A stretch of 64,000 nucleotides of DNA, taken from assembly GCA_963717525.1 (NCBI GenBank), contig OY970343.1, positions 896,001 through 960,000 on the forward strand, written 5' to 3'. Each line of letters opens with the position of its first letter. Positions within the stretch are counted from its first letter, which is position 1. Made by a program: the position numbers and the translations under genes. Positions 23,799-36,137 of this stretch are shown piece by piece. The notes below the pieces were generated by a model. It worked only from the letters and a program-made list of their open reading frames with translations, had not been told where the DNA came from and searched no databases. The DNA is from an uncultured Methanoregulaceae archaeon (GTDB lineage Archaea > Halobacteriota > Methanomicrobia > Methanomicrobiales > Methanospirillaceae).

Positions 23799-24285
23799 TT
23801 AGAGGTCGCCCCCGTCCTCGCTGATACGGACATTGGGTACGCGTTTGAACTCTTCAGGTACTAAAAAGGACGATATAGTCGCTCACGCCGATCTGGTCGG
23901 CAATTGCTTTGACCTCAGCATGTACCGCATCCCGGTTTCTCCCGTGGTGGACAGTATAGAAGGAAAACTCCCACTGACCAGGGACGGGGCGACGCTCGTA
24001 GCAGTGCGTCACGCAGGGAAATCCTGCAAGAAGAGGCCCGATATCCCGATGTGATGGATCTGCCGGTCTCCATGCAACAAGTGCGTTCGCCGAAATACCT
24101 GCCAGCCTCTGGTTGACGCGTGCCGTGAATTTCCGGACAATTCCTGATGATTTCAGATTCCGGATCCTCTCCTGCACCTCTAAACCGGTCAGGCCCAGGC
24201 GGTTACCGATCTCCTCAAACGGTTCCGGGATCAGAGGGAGCCCATGTTCCAGTTCCCGCAAGAGACGAATATCTAGAGAATCCAC
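23799..24285 (-). CDS. ahbB: Siroheme decarboxylase subunit (Lrp/AsnC-like, AhbB/NirH-like); apparent frameshift ~23856
   Basis: GLPLIPEPF, VTHCYER, YTVHH motifs; repaired stop abuts the ahbC start. Confidence 0.82.
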
Positions 24286-24287
24286 CT

Positions 24288-24785
24288 TTAATCCACCTTC
24301 CCATGCGATGGCAGGAACGGAAAACGTACATCGATTTTCAGCTTTTTTACCGTGGGAAGGTTGAGGTGATCTTTTGCCGGGACACCGGCCTGGTCAAGGA
24401 TCCCGGCCAGTACCTGTCCGACCCGTTCATCATTTTCAGCGGAGATCGTAAACCAGAGGGTGTAGTAATGGTCCCGCCGGAAATTATGGGATACTTCCGG
24501 GCAGCTGCTGATAATGGCAGCGACCTTCCGGACATTGTCCTCAGGAACATGAAGCGCGACGAGTGTCGCAGCGGACAACCCCATCTTCCGGGATTCGAGT
24601 ACCGGGGAAATACCCCGTAAGACTCCCTCTTCTTTCAACTTCATAAGCCGTTCCAGAAGCTCATGTTCGGCTATGCCGACCCGTGATGCGATCACCGCAT
24701 ACGGCCGGTCAACAAGGGGGATGTCATCCTGGAGTGCATCGAGAATACGCAGGTCAACCTGATCCCGTATTACGGGGGCCGTCAC
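24288..24785 (-). CDS. ahbA: Siroheme decarboxylase subunit (AhbA/NirD-like)
   Basis: LQDDIPLVDRPY, STLVA-like ATLVA, VSHNFRR, LWFT motifs. Confidence 0.85.
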   Translation of the reverse strand: MTAPVIRDQVDLRILDALQDDIPLVDRPYAVIASRVGIAEHELLERLMKLKEEGVLRGISPVLESRKMGLSAATLVALHVPEDNVRKVAAIISSCPEVSHNFRRDHYYTLWFTISAENDERVGQVLAGILDQAGVPAKDHLNLPTVKKLKIDVRFPFLPSHGKVD

Positions 24786-25884
24786 GCTGCGCCGCCTCCC
24801 GGTTCATACGGGCACCAGGGATCATCACCGAAGATTCCGGTGTCGGAGAGATTCTCCGCCGGATAAGTCCGTCGCACCATCCCGTGGAAAATGCATCTGC
24901 TCCCCGGTATGCCCGGGCCCTGCACCCCCCGCAGATGGCATTGTAGTGACAACGGCCGCATTTCCCGGTGAGCATCGCCGGGTCGCGGAGTGCAGTAAAG
25001 AGAGGAGAGTTATACCAGATATCAGCAAAAGACGCAGTCCGTACATTCCCGGCACTCACCGGCAGGTACGGGCAGGGGGTCACATCGCCATTTGCGTAAA
25101 TACGGCAGTAGCTGATCCCCGCGATGCAGCCCCGCCCCCATGCAGGACTCATGATCCCGGCCTCATCTGCAATGCGGCGGAACTGCGGGGCACAGGTCGG
25201 GCGGATATTCACTCCATGGTCCCGGTACCTGATAAGGATCTGGCGGATCATCTCTTCGTATTCCAGAATGCCCGGATCTTCCCTTACACGAGCCCTCCCG
25301 GTCGGTACCGCAAAGAAGATCTGGAACTCCCGGACCCCAAGGACCGTGCCTGTCTCAATTACTCCTTCAACATCGCGGAGATCCGGGCGCATGACTGACA
25401 TATTGATCTGGACGCCGATCCCCTGGTTGCGGCAGTCCCGGATGGCCCGGATCGCCTGCTCCCAGACCCCGCTCATCCCCCGGAACTGGTCATGCACGGC
25501 CGGTTCGGCTGAATCAAGGCTGATCGCCACCGCACGGATACCCGATTCGCGCAGTTTTGCCGCGACTTTCTCGTTGATCAAAAAACCGCTGGTACCCATG
25601 ACCATCCGGAGACCCCGGTCGGTCCCGTACCGGGCGATAGAAAATACGTCCTCCCTCATGAGAGGCTCCCCCCCGCTCAGCACGACAACAGGGTTTCCCG
25701 TCTCGCAGATCTGGTCGATGACCCTGAAGGCTTCCTCAGTTGAAAGCACCCCTTCCGCTTCGCGCTCGCCGGCATCCACATAGCAGTGGGCGCATTTCAG
25801 CGGACACCGCAGGGTAATGTTCCACGAAATGATACGCGGTGCACCGGATGCACCGTTCAAATCTTCTGTCCTTTTGCCACGCAC
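24782..25884 (-). CDS. ahbD: Radical SAM/SPASM heme b synthase AhbD-like; apparent frameshift ~24860
   Basis: APRIISWNITLRCPLKCAHC, PTCAPQF, GCIAG..PCPY..GKCGRC..CGGCRARA; repaired end DDPWCPYEP overlaps the ahbA start (GTGA). Confidence 0.8.
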
Positions 25885-25936
25885 TGCCCGGGTTCCTTAT
25901 CCGCCTTCCTCGAGGTTCTCCACGATGAAAAGGCGT

Positions 25937-28172
<2,236 letters not shown>

Positions 28173-28397
28173 TTATCCACTGTGATGAATTGAATATTCC
28201 TATACCTACCCAACTAACGATCGCCTCAGCAGCGGATATGGTTACGGTGTTTGAGTAAGGGGGCCTTCCGACACCGCCGTCCGTTGCAAGACCGGGGTCT
28301 TCTTCTTTGGATCCTGCAAAAACTACCCGGGATGACCGTCATTCATGAAAAGCTTAAAATATCCCTCCCTCCCTTTTTTCAGTTCAGTGAATCCCGG

Positions 28398-29220
28398 ATG
28401 AAAACCGACGACAATCCTGCAGGGATGGAAAAGATGCCCGTGCTCTTTATCGGCCACGGGTCGCCCATGAACATAGTGCTCAAAAACCGGTTCACCCGGA
28501 GCCTCGCCGATCTCGGAGCCTCCCTGCCCCGGCCTGCAGCCATCATGGTCATATCGGCACACTGGCTTACCCGGGGAAGTTTTGTCACCTGCATTGACCG
28601 GCCCCGGATGATCTATGATTTCTATGGGTTCCCGGAGGAACTTTACCGGGTGAAGTACGGGTGCACCGGGGCGCCACTCCTTGCAAAATACGTTACAGAG
28701 GCTCTGGAGCGGGGCTATCCGGTGCGACCATGCATGGGGGATCGACCACGCCTCCTACTCGGTCCTCATGCACATGTTTCCTTCGGCAGATATCCCGGTC
28801 TTCGAGATGAGTTTGGATTACACGGTCAATGACTGGCACCCAAAGACGATCCAGTACCATTACGATCTTGCAAAAAAACTCTCTGCCCTTCGTGAGAGAG
28901 GAGTCCTTGTCATCGGCAGCGGGAACATGGTACATAACCTCGGCCTCATAGACTTTGCCGACATGGACGCCGCGCCTCCTGCATGGGCGAGGGAGGCGGA
29001 CGAGTGGATGCGCGACCGGATTGTTGCCGGAGAGCACCACGAGCTTTTCGAGTATCCGTCCACAGGAGGTGAGTCGGCCTCCCGGGCGGTACCAACCCTT
29101 GATCACTATCTCCCGATGATCTATGCCCTCGCGTTGCAGGAAAAATGGGAGAGCATCCGGTTTACCTGCGAAGGATTCCAGAACGGATCAATCTCTATGA
29201 GGAGTTTCCAGATCGGCTAA
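28398..29220 (+). CDS. ygiD: 4,5-DOPA extradiol dioxygenase (LigB/YgiD family); apparent frameshift ~28710
   Basis: PVLFIGHGSPMN, ISAHW, IYDFYGFP, WGIDH, GSGNMVHNL, PTLDHYLP, SISMRS. Confidence 0.88.
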
Positions 29221-29250
29221 AAGAGGAAACCCCCACCTTGCATAGGATTG

Positions 29251-29472
29251 AATGGGGGCCACCCCCCACCCATTATTTTTTCAAGAGGGGATCACCCCCC
29301 TCCCCCCTTTCCGTGTAAGTGGGGGGTACCCCACCCCATGGTTCCAGCAGCCTGATCCTGTATTTCGCGTGGAGTCTTCACCTGAGCGAGTGTGCCGGAA
29401 ACGGCCGGAGGGGGGTGGCGAATACCCCCCTCCCCATTATTTTTTCAAGTGGGGGGTACCCTCCCCCCATGG
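29251..29472. repeat. Cluster of G-run/C-run hairpin repeats
   Basis: CCCATTATTTTTTCAAG exact at 29269 and 29433; AAGTGGGGGGTACCC exact at 29317 and 29447; five G4-6..C-run units. Confidence 0.75.
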
Positions 29473-29722
29473 ACCTTGGGCGTTTTGGGCCGGATAAATT
29501 CAGGCAGAGGGGAAAGATCGCCTGGCTCCTTTTCCGGACCGGGTAACGCCCTTTCCTGTGGGGGAATCGGTCATGGGAATGACACTGCTTAATAGTGCTG
29601 GTCCTGCCCGTTAATGACTTCTCGTTTTGAAAACTGATTCCTGACGTAACAATTATCTTCTCCGATGGTGAAGTTCCCGTGTCCAAATCCTTCGGTAAGG
29701 ATCGACATCAAAGGTGAACGAG

Positions 29723-30613
29723 ATGGTAAAAGCATACCCGTATGGGAAGGGGGACGGAGGAGTCCAATGGGTATCCGGTGAATGGCTGGAGAACCACCTG
29801 CAGGATAAGGGCCTCCTCATCGTTGACTGCCAGCCGAATGTCCACGAATACATCCAGGATCATATTCCCGGGGCCCTGTATGCCCATGAGAACCTGTTCC
29901 GCATTCATGAAGGCGCAATTCCTACGCGTTGGATTCCGGCCGATGCAGCCGAGGTCCTCTTCAGGACGCTCGGGCTGGAACCGGAAAAACCGGTTGTGGT
30001 GTACTCAAGCGGAGGTCCTCTGACAACGTGCGGCAACTATATCGGCGACGGTCTTGAACAGACTATGGTCGCCTACACGCTCGCCCGTTATGGTCACCGG
30101 AAGGTCTATGTCCTTGACGGCGGGCTGGAGAAATGGAAGGACGAGAAGCGACCCGTCACACGCCAGTTCGATCTTGCCAAACCCTCTTCGTTCATGGTGG
30201 ACCTGCAGAAGGATTTCTTCGTGGACTACTATGAATTTACCCGGATGAAGGATCGGCCGGACGTCGTTGTTCTGGATGCCCGGCCCTCGCCGGTATATGA
30301 AGGGCAGGGCCCGTGGATCCGTCCCGGCCATATTCCCGGTGCCGTCAGCCTGCCCTGGAAGAGCCTGATGGACGACAAGAACAAGAAACTCATGAAACCC
30401 GATGACCAGATCACGACACTCGTGAAGGCTGCCGGGGCAACACCGGACAAGACCATCATCTGTTCCTGCGGGACCGGGCGGGAGGCCACGAACGAGTTCC
30501 TCCTCTTCCGCTATTACCTGGGGTACCCGAATGTCTTCCTCTATGAAGGGGGATTTACCGAATGGTCGTCGTATCCAGCCAACCCGACCGTAACCGGGAA
30601 AAACCCGCGGTAA
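29723..30613 (+). CDS. Two-domain rhodanese / sulfurtransferase (SseA/CysA family)
   Basis: HIPGA twice, LDGGL..W, DAR....YEG, CGTG active-site loop, YEGGFTEW. Confidence 0.92.
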   Translation: MVKAYPYGKGDGGVQWVSGEWLENHLQDKGLLIVDCQPNVHEYIQDHIPGALYAHENLFRIHEGAIPTRWIPADAAEVLFRTLGLEPEKPVVVYSSGGPLTTCGNYIGDGLEQTMVAYTLARYGHRKVYVLDGGLEKWKDEKRPVTRQFDLAKPSSFMVDLQKDFFVDYYEFTRMKDRPDVVVLDARPSPVYEGQGPWIRPGHIPGAVSLPWKSLMDDKNKKLMKPDDQITTLVKAAGATPDKTIICSCGTGREATNEFLLFRYYLGYPNVFLYEGGFTEWSSYPANPTVTGKNPR

Positions 30614-30908
30614 TTTTTTTAACTTATAAAAAATATGCCAGGTTTTGTCCGGCTGAATCAGACAAAAAGAGGGGAAGATACAGCATTTTGAGGGCAAGCT
30701 TCTCGTGCGCCGCGATCACCCGGATCATGATTCCCGGCGCTCTGTGCGATCGCTCAATTGGGGTATACTAAATTATTTATGACAAGGGGGGAATACGTCC
30801 AAAAGATGGATTGTCATGAGTTTTATCAGGGTCACCCATGGCATGTGAGATACCTCCCGGGACCATGAAACACGTTACAGGGCAGAGGGAAAGAGTAAGG
30901 GTGAGCGT

Positions 30909-31877
30909 ATGCAGGTCATAGAGACAAAAAAGCTGACAAAGACCTATACTGCCCTTACCGCTGTTGATAACCTTGACATGAAGATCGAGAAAGGGGAAGT
31001 TTTTGGCCTTCTTGGGCCGAACGGGGCGGGAAAATCGACAACTCTCCTGATGCTGACAACCTTAATCCCGCCGACATCCGGGACGGCTCTGGTGAATAAT
31101 TTTGACATCATACAAGAGCCTGACCGGGTCAGGAAATCAATCGGGATTGTCTTCCAGGACCCCAGTTCAGATGAGGTGCTGACCGGGTACGAGAACCTGA
31201 AACTCCACGGCCTCCTCTACGATATGGACGCCAAACTACGGGAGGAAAGGATCGTGGAGGTGCTTGCGCTCGTCGACCTCACCGGCAGAAAAGACGATAT
31301 GGTCAAGAAATATTCCGGGGGAATGCGGAGAAGGCTTGAGCTTGCCCGGGGCCTGATGCATCACCCCGAGATTTTATTCCTGGATGAGCCGACGCTCGGC
31401 CTCGACCCCCAGACACGTGAGCATATCTGGGAATACATCAAGAAACTGGCCACCGAGAAGCACATCACCATCATCATCACCACTCACTACATGGACGAGG
31501 CCGACCGGCTCTGCGACCGGCTCGCAATCATCGACCGGGGGAAGATCGTTGCACTCGGTTCCCCTGACCAGCTGAAAAAAGACCTTGGCGGCGACATCGT
31601 CCGCATGAAAATGAAAAACTTCGACAAGGACAAGCTCAGGGATCTGGACTACGTCAAGGATGTTAAAGAGGACGATGGGGCTATCAGCGTGACTGTGAAG
31701 GATGCGGGCAGGCACCTTCAGGATCTTCTCGCCCGGGTAGGCACGGTGGAATCAGTCGAGGTCCGACCGCTGACTCTCGAGGACGTGTTTCTCCACTATA
31801 CCGGCAGGACGATCAGGGAAGGTGCCCCCGAAGGCGGCTGGGCCGAGAAAGTAATGGCGGCGAGACTGAGAAAATGA
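30909..31877 (+). CDS. ABC exporter ATP-binding subunit (DrrA family)
   Basis: GPNGAGKST, YSGGMRRRLELA, LDEPTLGLDP, TTHYMDEA, TLEDVFL. Confidence 0.92.
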   Translation: MQVIETKKLTKTYTALTAVDNLDMKIEKGEVFGLLGPNGAGKSTTLLMLTTLIPPTSGTALVNNFDIIQEPDRVRKSIGIVFQDPSSDEVLTGYENLKLHGLLYDMDAKLREERIVEVLALVDLTGRKDDMVKKYSGGMRRRLELARGLMHHPEILFLDEPTLGLDPQTREHIWEYIKKLATEKHITIIITTHYMDEADRLCDRLAIIDRGKIVALGSPDQLKKDLGGDIVRMKMKNFDKDKLRDLDYVKDVKEDDGAISVTVKDAGRHLQDLLARVGTVESVEVRPLTLEDVFLHYTGRTIREGAPEGGWAEKVMAARLRK

Positions 31878-32644
31878 GCGAGCTGAAAGGAATCTATGCA
31901 CTCTGGTACCGCGAATTCAAGGTCTTCCAGCGGGAGCGGTCCCGGATAGTCGCATCCATCGTCAACCCGGTGCTCTGGCTCCTGATTATCGGCGGAGGTC
32001 TTGGATCCGTGTTATCCTTCGGGGGAGTGAATTACTTAACTTTCCTGTACCCGGGAATCCTTGTCCAGTCGCTTTTGTTTTCGGCGGTCTTTTTCGGGGT
32101 GTATATCGTATGGGATAAAAAAATCGATTTCTTAAAAGAAGTGCTGGTATCCCCGATGTCAAGGACATCCATTTTTATCGGCAAGATCCTCGGGGGATCC
32201 ACTGACACGCTTCTTCAGTCAGCCATCCTGCTCGTCATTGGCTATGCATTCACCGTCACCGGCGTACTCGCAGGGCTTACGTTCACTCCGTTCTCGGTCG
32301 TCATTTCCTGTATTTTTTTATTCGTGACGACGGTCGGGCTCGTCAGCATCGGTCTTATCATCGGCTCACAGATGGAGAGCCCCGAAGGGTTCCAGCTCAT
32401 AAGCAGCTTCCTGATATTCCCGATGTTTTTTCTCTCCGGGGCCCTCTTTCCTATCGAGAATCTCCCGGCCTGGCTCACTCCCTTCGTGTTGCTTAACCCT
32501 GCTACCTATTCAGTGGACGGCTTACGGGGGGCGCTCGTCGGACTGCACCGGTTCAACATCGGTCTCGATCTCCTCGTTATAAGCGCATTTTCCCTTGTTA
32601 TGATCCTCATCGGGACGTATGCTTTCAGGAAAATAAAACTGTGA
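31874..32644 (+). CDS. ABC-2 type exporter permease
   Basis: Six TM helices, FLSGALFP, NPATYSVDGLR; 4-bp overlap with the ATPase gene. Confidence 0.9.
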   Translation: MSELKGIYALWYREFKVFQRERSRIVASIVNPVLWLLIIGGGLGSVLSFGGVNYLTFLYPGILVQSLLFSAVFFGVYIVWDKKIDFLKEVLVSPMSRTSIFIGKILGGSTDTLLQSAILLVIGYAFTVTGVLAGLTFTPFSVVISCIFLFVTTVGLVSIGLIIGSQMESPEGFQLISSFLIFPMFFLSGALFPIENLPAWLTPFVLLNPATYSVDGLRGALVGLHRFNIGLDLLVISAFSLVMILIGTYAFRKIKL

Positions 32645-32790
32645 GCGTTGTGCTGTAGCTGCAGGTCCTGTTGCACCTGCGGGACGTTTACCTGCGCACC
32701 GTTGGCCGGGTCACGGCGATAGTAGGGTTGGTTGACACGACCACAGCACGCAACCAGAGGCTCCGGATTCGAAGGAATGCCTAAAATATA

Positions 32791-33483
32791 TTAACTATAC
32801 TGGCTTTCGTTCAGGTTCCCCGAGTTTGAATATCCCCGCTGCTCCCAGTAGCCCTGGTAATTTGGATTATCAGAGAGTTCAATCTCATCGATCCATTTGA
32901 TCCACTTGTAACCCCATTTGTCCTCTGCCACCAGCCGGAAAGGATAGCCGTGTTGGGGATCGATGGTGACATTGTTCATTTTGTATGCGATGATGATATC
33001 GTTGTCCATGACATAGCTGAGCGGGAACGATGTTGTGTACCCGTCAGTAGCGTGGAAGATCACCGTATTTGCCCGCGGGTCGACACCTGCATCATTGATG
33101 AGATCCCTGACAAGCACACCTTCCCAAAGGATCTTAACAGACCAGCCTTCGACGCAATTGAGCGTAACAACCTTGGTGTAGTGCTGGTAATTGTCGAGGA
33201 CCTCATTATAGGTCATCATTTTGGTTGTCGTGGTGAGGCCGGTGACAGTAAGCCGGTAATCAGAGATGTTCACGTTCTGGGTACCGATGATTGCATTCTC
33301 GGGCACATTGCTGATGGACGAGAGGTCCTGTCCCTCATAGGACCGGACTTCGACAGCTGCGAGGTTTGTGGTCCCGGCTGGGGATTGTCCGGATCTAAAC
33401 ACCGGGCTCAAAAAGACTACCACAAGAGCGATAACGACGACCGCTATCACAAGCGCGATCACGAGGTACAAGCGATTGTTCAT
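32791..33483 (-). CDS. Membrane-anchored molybdopterin-dependent oxidoreductase (sulfite oxidase/MsrP-like)
   Basis: LNCVEGW Moco-ligating Cys, WEGV, DGYTT, HGYPFRL, GYKWIKW, GYWEQRGY. Confidence 0.88.
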   Translation of the reverse strand: MNNRLYLVIALVIAVVVIALVVVFLSPVFRSGQSPAGTTNLAAVEVRSYEGQDLSSISNVPENAIIGTQNVNISDYRLTVTGLTTTTKMMTYNEVLDNYQHYTKVVTLNCVEGWSVKILWEGVLVRDLINDAGVDPRANTVIFHATDGYTTSFPLSYVMDNDIIIAYKMNNVTIDPQHGYPFRLVAEDKWGYKWIKWIDEIELSDNPNYQGYWEQRGYSNSGNLNESQYS

Positions 33484-33562
33484 TGATTGTTACCTGCACC
33501 CTCAGTCACATTAAGGTTGGGATTGGGGAACAGGACCGGTGTCTCCCGGCCGGGATTGCCGG

Positions 33563-33865
33563 TCATACCGTTCCAGCAGCACCCTTTTTCTTCGGATACC
33601 GGTACGCGACAAGTTCCGCCGAAGCGCCGATAACAATCCCCATGACAAAACCCCATGGGGAAAGCCCGCAGACGCCCTGCCATTCTGTTATTATCATTCC
33701 AAGAAACGTGCAGGTGATGAGAATGGGTACAAAGAGCTTCCCGGGGATCGGCTGTCGCCTGCCACCCTGTACAATTTCACGTTTTTCTGCCCGGAAATAC
33801 AGGAACAGACAAAGAACGGCAAGTGCAAGGCCACAAAGGGCAATAATCGTGAAGGTCTGGGACAT
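33563..33865 (-). CDS. Small three-TM membrane protein
   Basis: Hydrophobic helices; co-oriented upstream of the Moco enzyme. Confidence 0.5.
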   Translation of the reverse strand: MSQTFTIIALCGLALAVLCLFLYFRAEKREIVQGGRRQPIPGKLFVPILITCTFLGMIITEWQGVCGLSPWGFVMGIVIGASAELVAYRYPKKKGAAGTV

Positions 33866-34084
33866 GGTTGAAGGATGGGATCTGCACGAAAACATTACAG
33901 CGATCTGGATATATAGTTCGGGTTGATGACAATCATGGGAGCGAGCGATCAAGGGCAAAGCCTGCACATTCTGCATAAAACCCCCCTGCCTGTCGACGTT
34001 TTTCACTGCACTACGGGGACTTTCCAAAGGGGCTTTCAGGGCCGGGCCGGGGTTTTTCCATCGTACTTCATCTGCCTGATGCGA

Positions 34085-34146
34085 TCACTTTCACCCCCCG
34101 CGTGGCCGGCACTTTATCTCCCTCAGCAGGGCAGGGATCCGGTGCC
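34085..34146 (+). promoter_or_regulatory. Promoter copy 1 of the PolB2 cassette: TCACTTTCA element, C-run, TTTATC TATA-like box, leader CAGGGCAGGGATCCGGTGC
   Basis: Near-identical to 41881..41943 with the same spacing (ACTTTC starts 60 bp before the ATG in both). Confidence 0.7.
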
Positions 34147-34668
34147 ATGCATATCGAGCTCCGCAAGGGTCTGACACTCCGGCCAGGCACATTCAACGCG
34201 GTCATTGCACCCGAGAAAGAGATAGTCACCGCCATTAACAGCAACGCGGATCTCCAGCGGTTCCTGTTCCTTTACATCAGCGGGAACTACTCCCGGATCC
34301 TGTCAGGTATCAACAGGCAGTCAAAAAACTTTGATGTCCGCCGTGGATTTACCGCCCACCAGCTCTTCACCATACTCCGGGAGGCCGGCCATACGGTCGT
34401 CTTTGTCGAGCACGACCCCTCGCTTTTTGACGGGGCGGCAGCCATGCTCGAACCAATTGCCAGTGCCTTGAAAGAGGCCGCCCGGGAGTCGCTCGTCATC
34501 CTCTATACGCCGGTTGCCGACCGCACATTCTCAACACTTGGACGGAACGCGGATCACTACATCGAGATCGTTCCGGTTGAAGAGACCCGGTACCCGATCC
34601 GCACCAGCCGTACCGTACGGCAGTGCGGCCTGCGTCCCTCCGGGCAACGCACGCTGGAGGTATCATAA
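34147..34668 (+). CDS. Degenerate RadA/RecA-like protein of the PolB2-associated type (no Walker A)
   Basis: VRRGFTAHQL (RAFT-x-x-Q-like) and VVFVEHD Walker-B-like strand; a 5' paralog sits directly before polB2. Confidence 0.7.
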   Translation: MHIELRKGLTLRPGTFNAVIAPEKEIVTAINSNADLQRFLFLYISGNYSRILSGINRQSKNFDVRRGFTAHQLFTILREAGHTVVFVEHDPSLFDGAAAMLEPIASALKEAARESLVILYTPVADRTFSTLGRNADHYIEIVPVEETRYPIRTSRTVRQCGLRPSGQRTLEVS

Positions 34669-34933
34669 ATGGGCAGGACATTTCCCAGTGTCCGGCAGGG
34701 TGTCAACAGCACGGCGGACCGGTGGGCCCGGTCAGCCCGGGCACTTAAGAGGGGAGACCAGCAGTACCGGTGAACAGCTCGTGAACCTGGCAAAGACGCA
34801 TTCGAGCGAGGCGTTTGTAGCCTGCGACGATCCCCTCGAAGCCGTGGTCTTCTCAGCACTTGTCGAAATCCTCAAGCGGCAGGACCGGCTCGAAGAGGAC
34901 ATGAAAAAGCAACGGGACGAGCCGCCCGGATAA
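34669..34933 (+). CDS. Small alpha-helical PolB2-associated protein; apparent frameshift ~34768
   Basis: MGRTFPSVR..W....RALKRGDQQ(Y)GEQL...AKTH.....DPLEAVVFSALVEILK matches, from recall, the small protein encoded with archaeal PolB2; ATG abuts the upstream stop. Confidence 0.7.
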
Positions 34934-35378
34934 CCTCAAGAATCAGGACGGGGTCCAGCGCCGCTTATCCCACCTTTTGACGTCTGAAAAACTCCCGTAA
35001 AATCGCCCGATTGATCTCTATAAAATTCAAAGCCCTTTTATCCTCCTATTTGCCAAAATACGCCAAAATTGAGCCCCATATAATGGCCTTTAGAGCCCCA
35101 TATTCGCGTTCCAGAGGCCTTGTTTTTCCGGATCGTGCAATTGGTAATTTTACCTGTGATCTGCCAAAATAACCCCGTTGTTGAGTCCGTTTTAATTTGT
35201 CCGATTGGCAAAATAAGGCTGATTTAAGGTTATTTTAAAACGGAGCCCGATACGGGCTTCTTTTGGAGGTAGAAGCGGGCAATCGGGACTCAAATTGGGG
35301 CCGGATTGAGGAGGGCGGATCACTGATAGATCCAGTGGAAAAACAGGTGGACCAGAACTGAGGTTTTCCACGCGGCTC

Positions 35379-36041
35379 TCACAATGGTTTGATTACCTGC
35401 TCGTCATCTGCCGCTGTATTATTTATCAGGTCCGGGACCGGGTACGCCTCCATCCCCTCCGCAGGAAACGGTGAGAGGATCCGGTGCATCTCCTCAGCGG
35501 GAAGCGCCTCGCGGGAAACCCAGCGGATCTCATCCTCCTGCCGGAGGATCGCCGGCATCCTGTGGTGGATGGGAGCGACGATGCTGTTTGCGGGGGTCGT
35601 TATAATCGTGTACGTCGCAAGAGTTGTACCTGCCGGGTTGTGCCAGATATCGTAGAGCCCGGCAAACGCAAAGACCGGATCGTTGGTTTTGTGGATATAG
35701 AACGGGATCCTGCGCCCCCATTCCTCCTTCCATTCAAAAAATCCGCTCGCGGGTACAAGGCAGCGTTTCGTCCGCAGCAGATCGCTAAACATCGGCTTAT
35801 CTGCAAGGTTCTCTGCCCGGGCATTGATCGGGCGGTGCATTGACTTGATGTCCCGTGCCCAGTGCGGGACAAGCCCCCACTGCATCATGACCGCTTCAAC
35901 CCGTTGCTCGTGCGCCACGATCACCGGGTTCGTGCTGCCCGGCGCGATGTTGAAGTGTGAGCGAAAGCCAATGGACGGGTCCATCACCCGGAACCTCCCG
36001 CAGATATCATCAATGCAGAGAAGCGAGTACCGGCCGCACAT
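35379..36041 (-). CDS. SOS-response-associated peptidase (SRAP/HMCES/YedK abasic-site crosslinking protein)
   Basis: MCGRY N-terminus (catalytic Cys2), FNIAP, MQWGLVP, INARAE, RCLVPASGFFEW, FAGLY, IHHRMP. Confidence 0.93.
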   Translation of the reverse strand: MCGRYSLLCIDDICGRFRVMDPSIGFRSHFNIAPGSTNPVIVAHEQRVEAVMMQWGLVPHWARDIKSMHRPINARAENLADKPMFSDLLRTKRCLVPASGFFEWKEEWGRRIPFYIHKTNDPVFAFAGLYDIWHNPAGTTLATYTIITTPANSIVAPIHHRMPAILRQEDEIRWVSREALPAEEMHRILSPFPAEGMEAYPVPDLINNTAADDEQVIKPL

Positions 36042-36137
36042 ACGCTTCACTCTGGTGCAGGGTCTCTTCAAGGTTTTGCGCCGGGCTGCTGCACCGGGAA
36101 AAATGGTTACCTCAGAAAAAAGTTTTCCTTTCTGAAC

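Noticed and set aside
29251..29472. Possible CRISPR array or small ORFs in the G/C repeat
   Set aside because: No constant repeat-spacer period, no cas genes; ORFs are low-complexity translations
35331..35350. Replication origin based on ORB-like TCCAGTGGAAA
   Set aside because: Single imperfect box lacking the G-string, no cdc6/orc1 nearby, and the same word occurs inside kdpB
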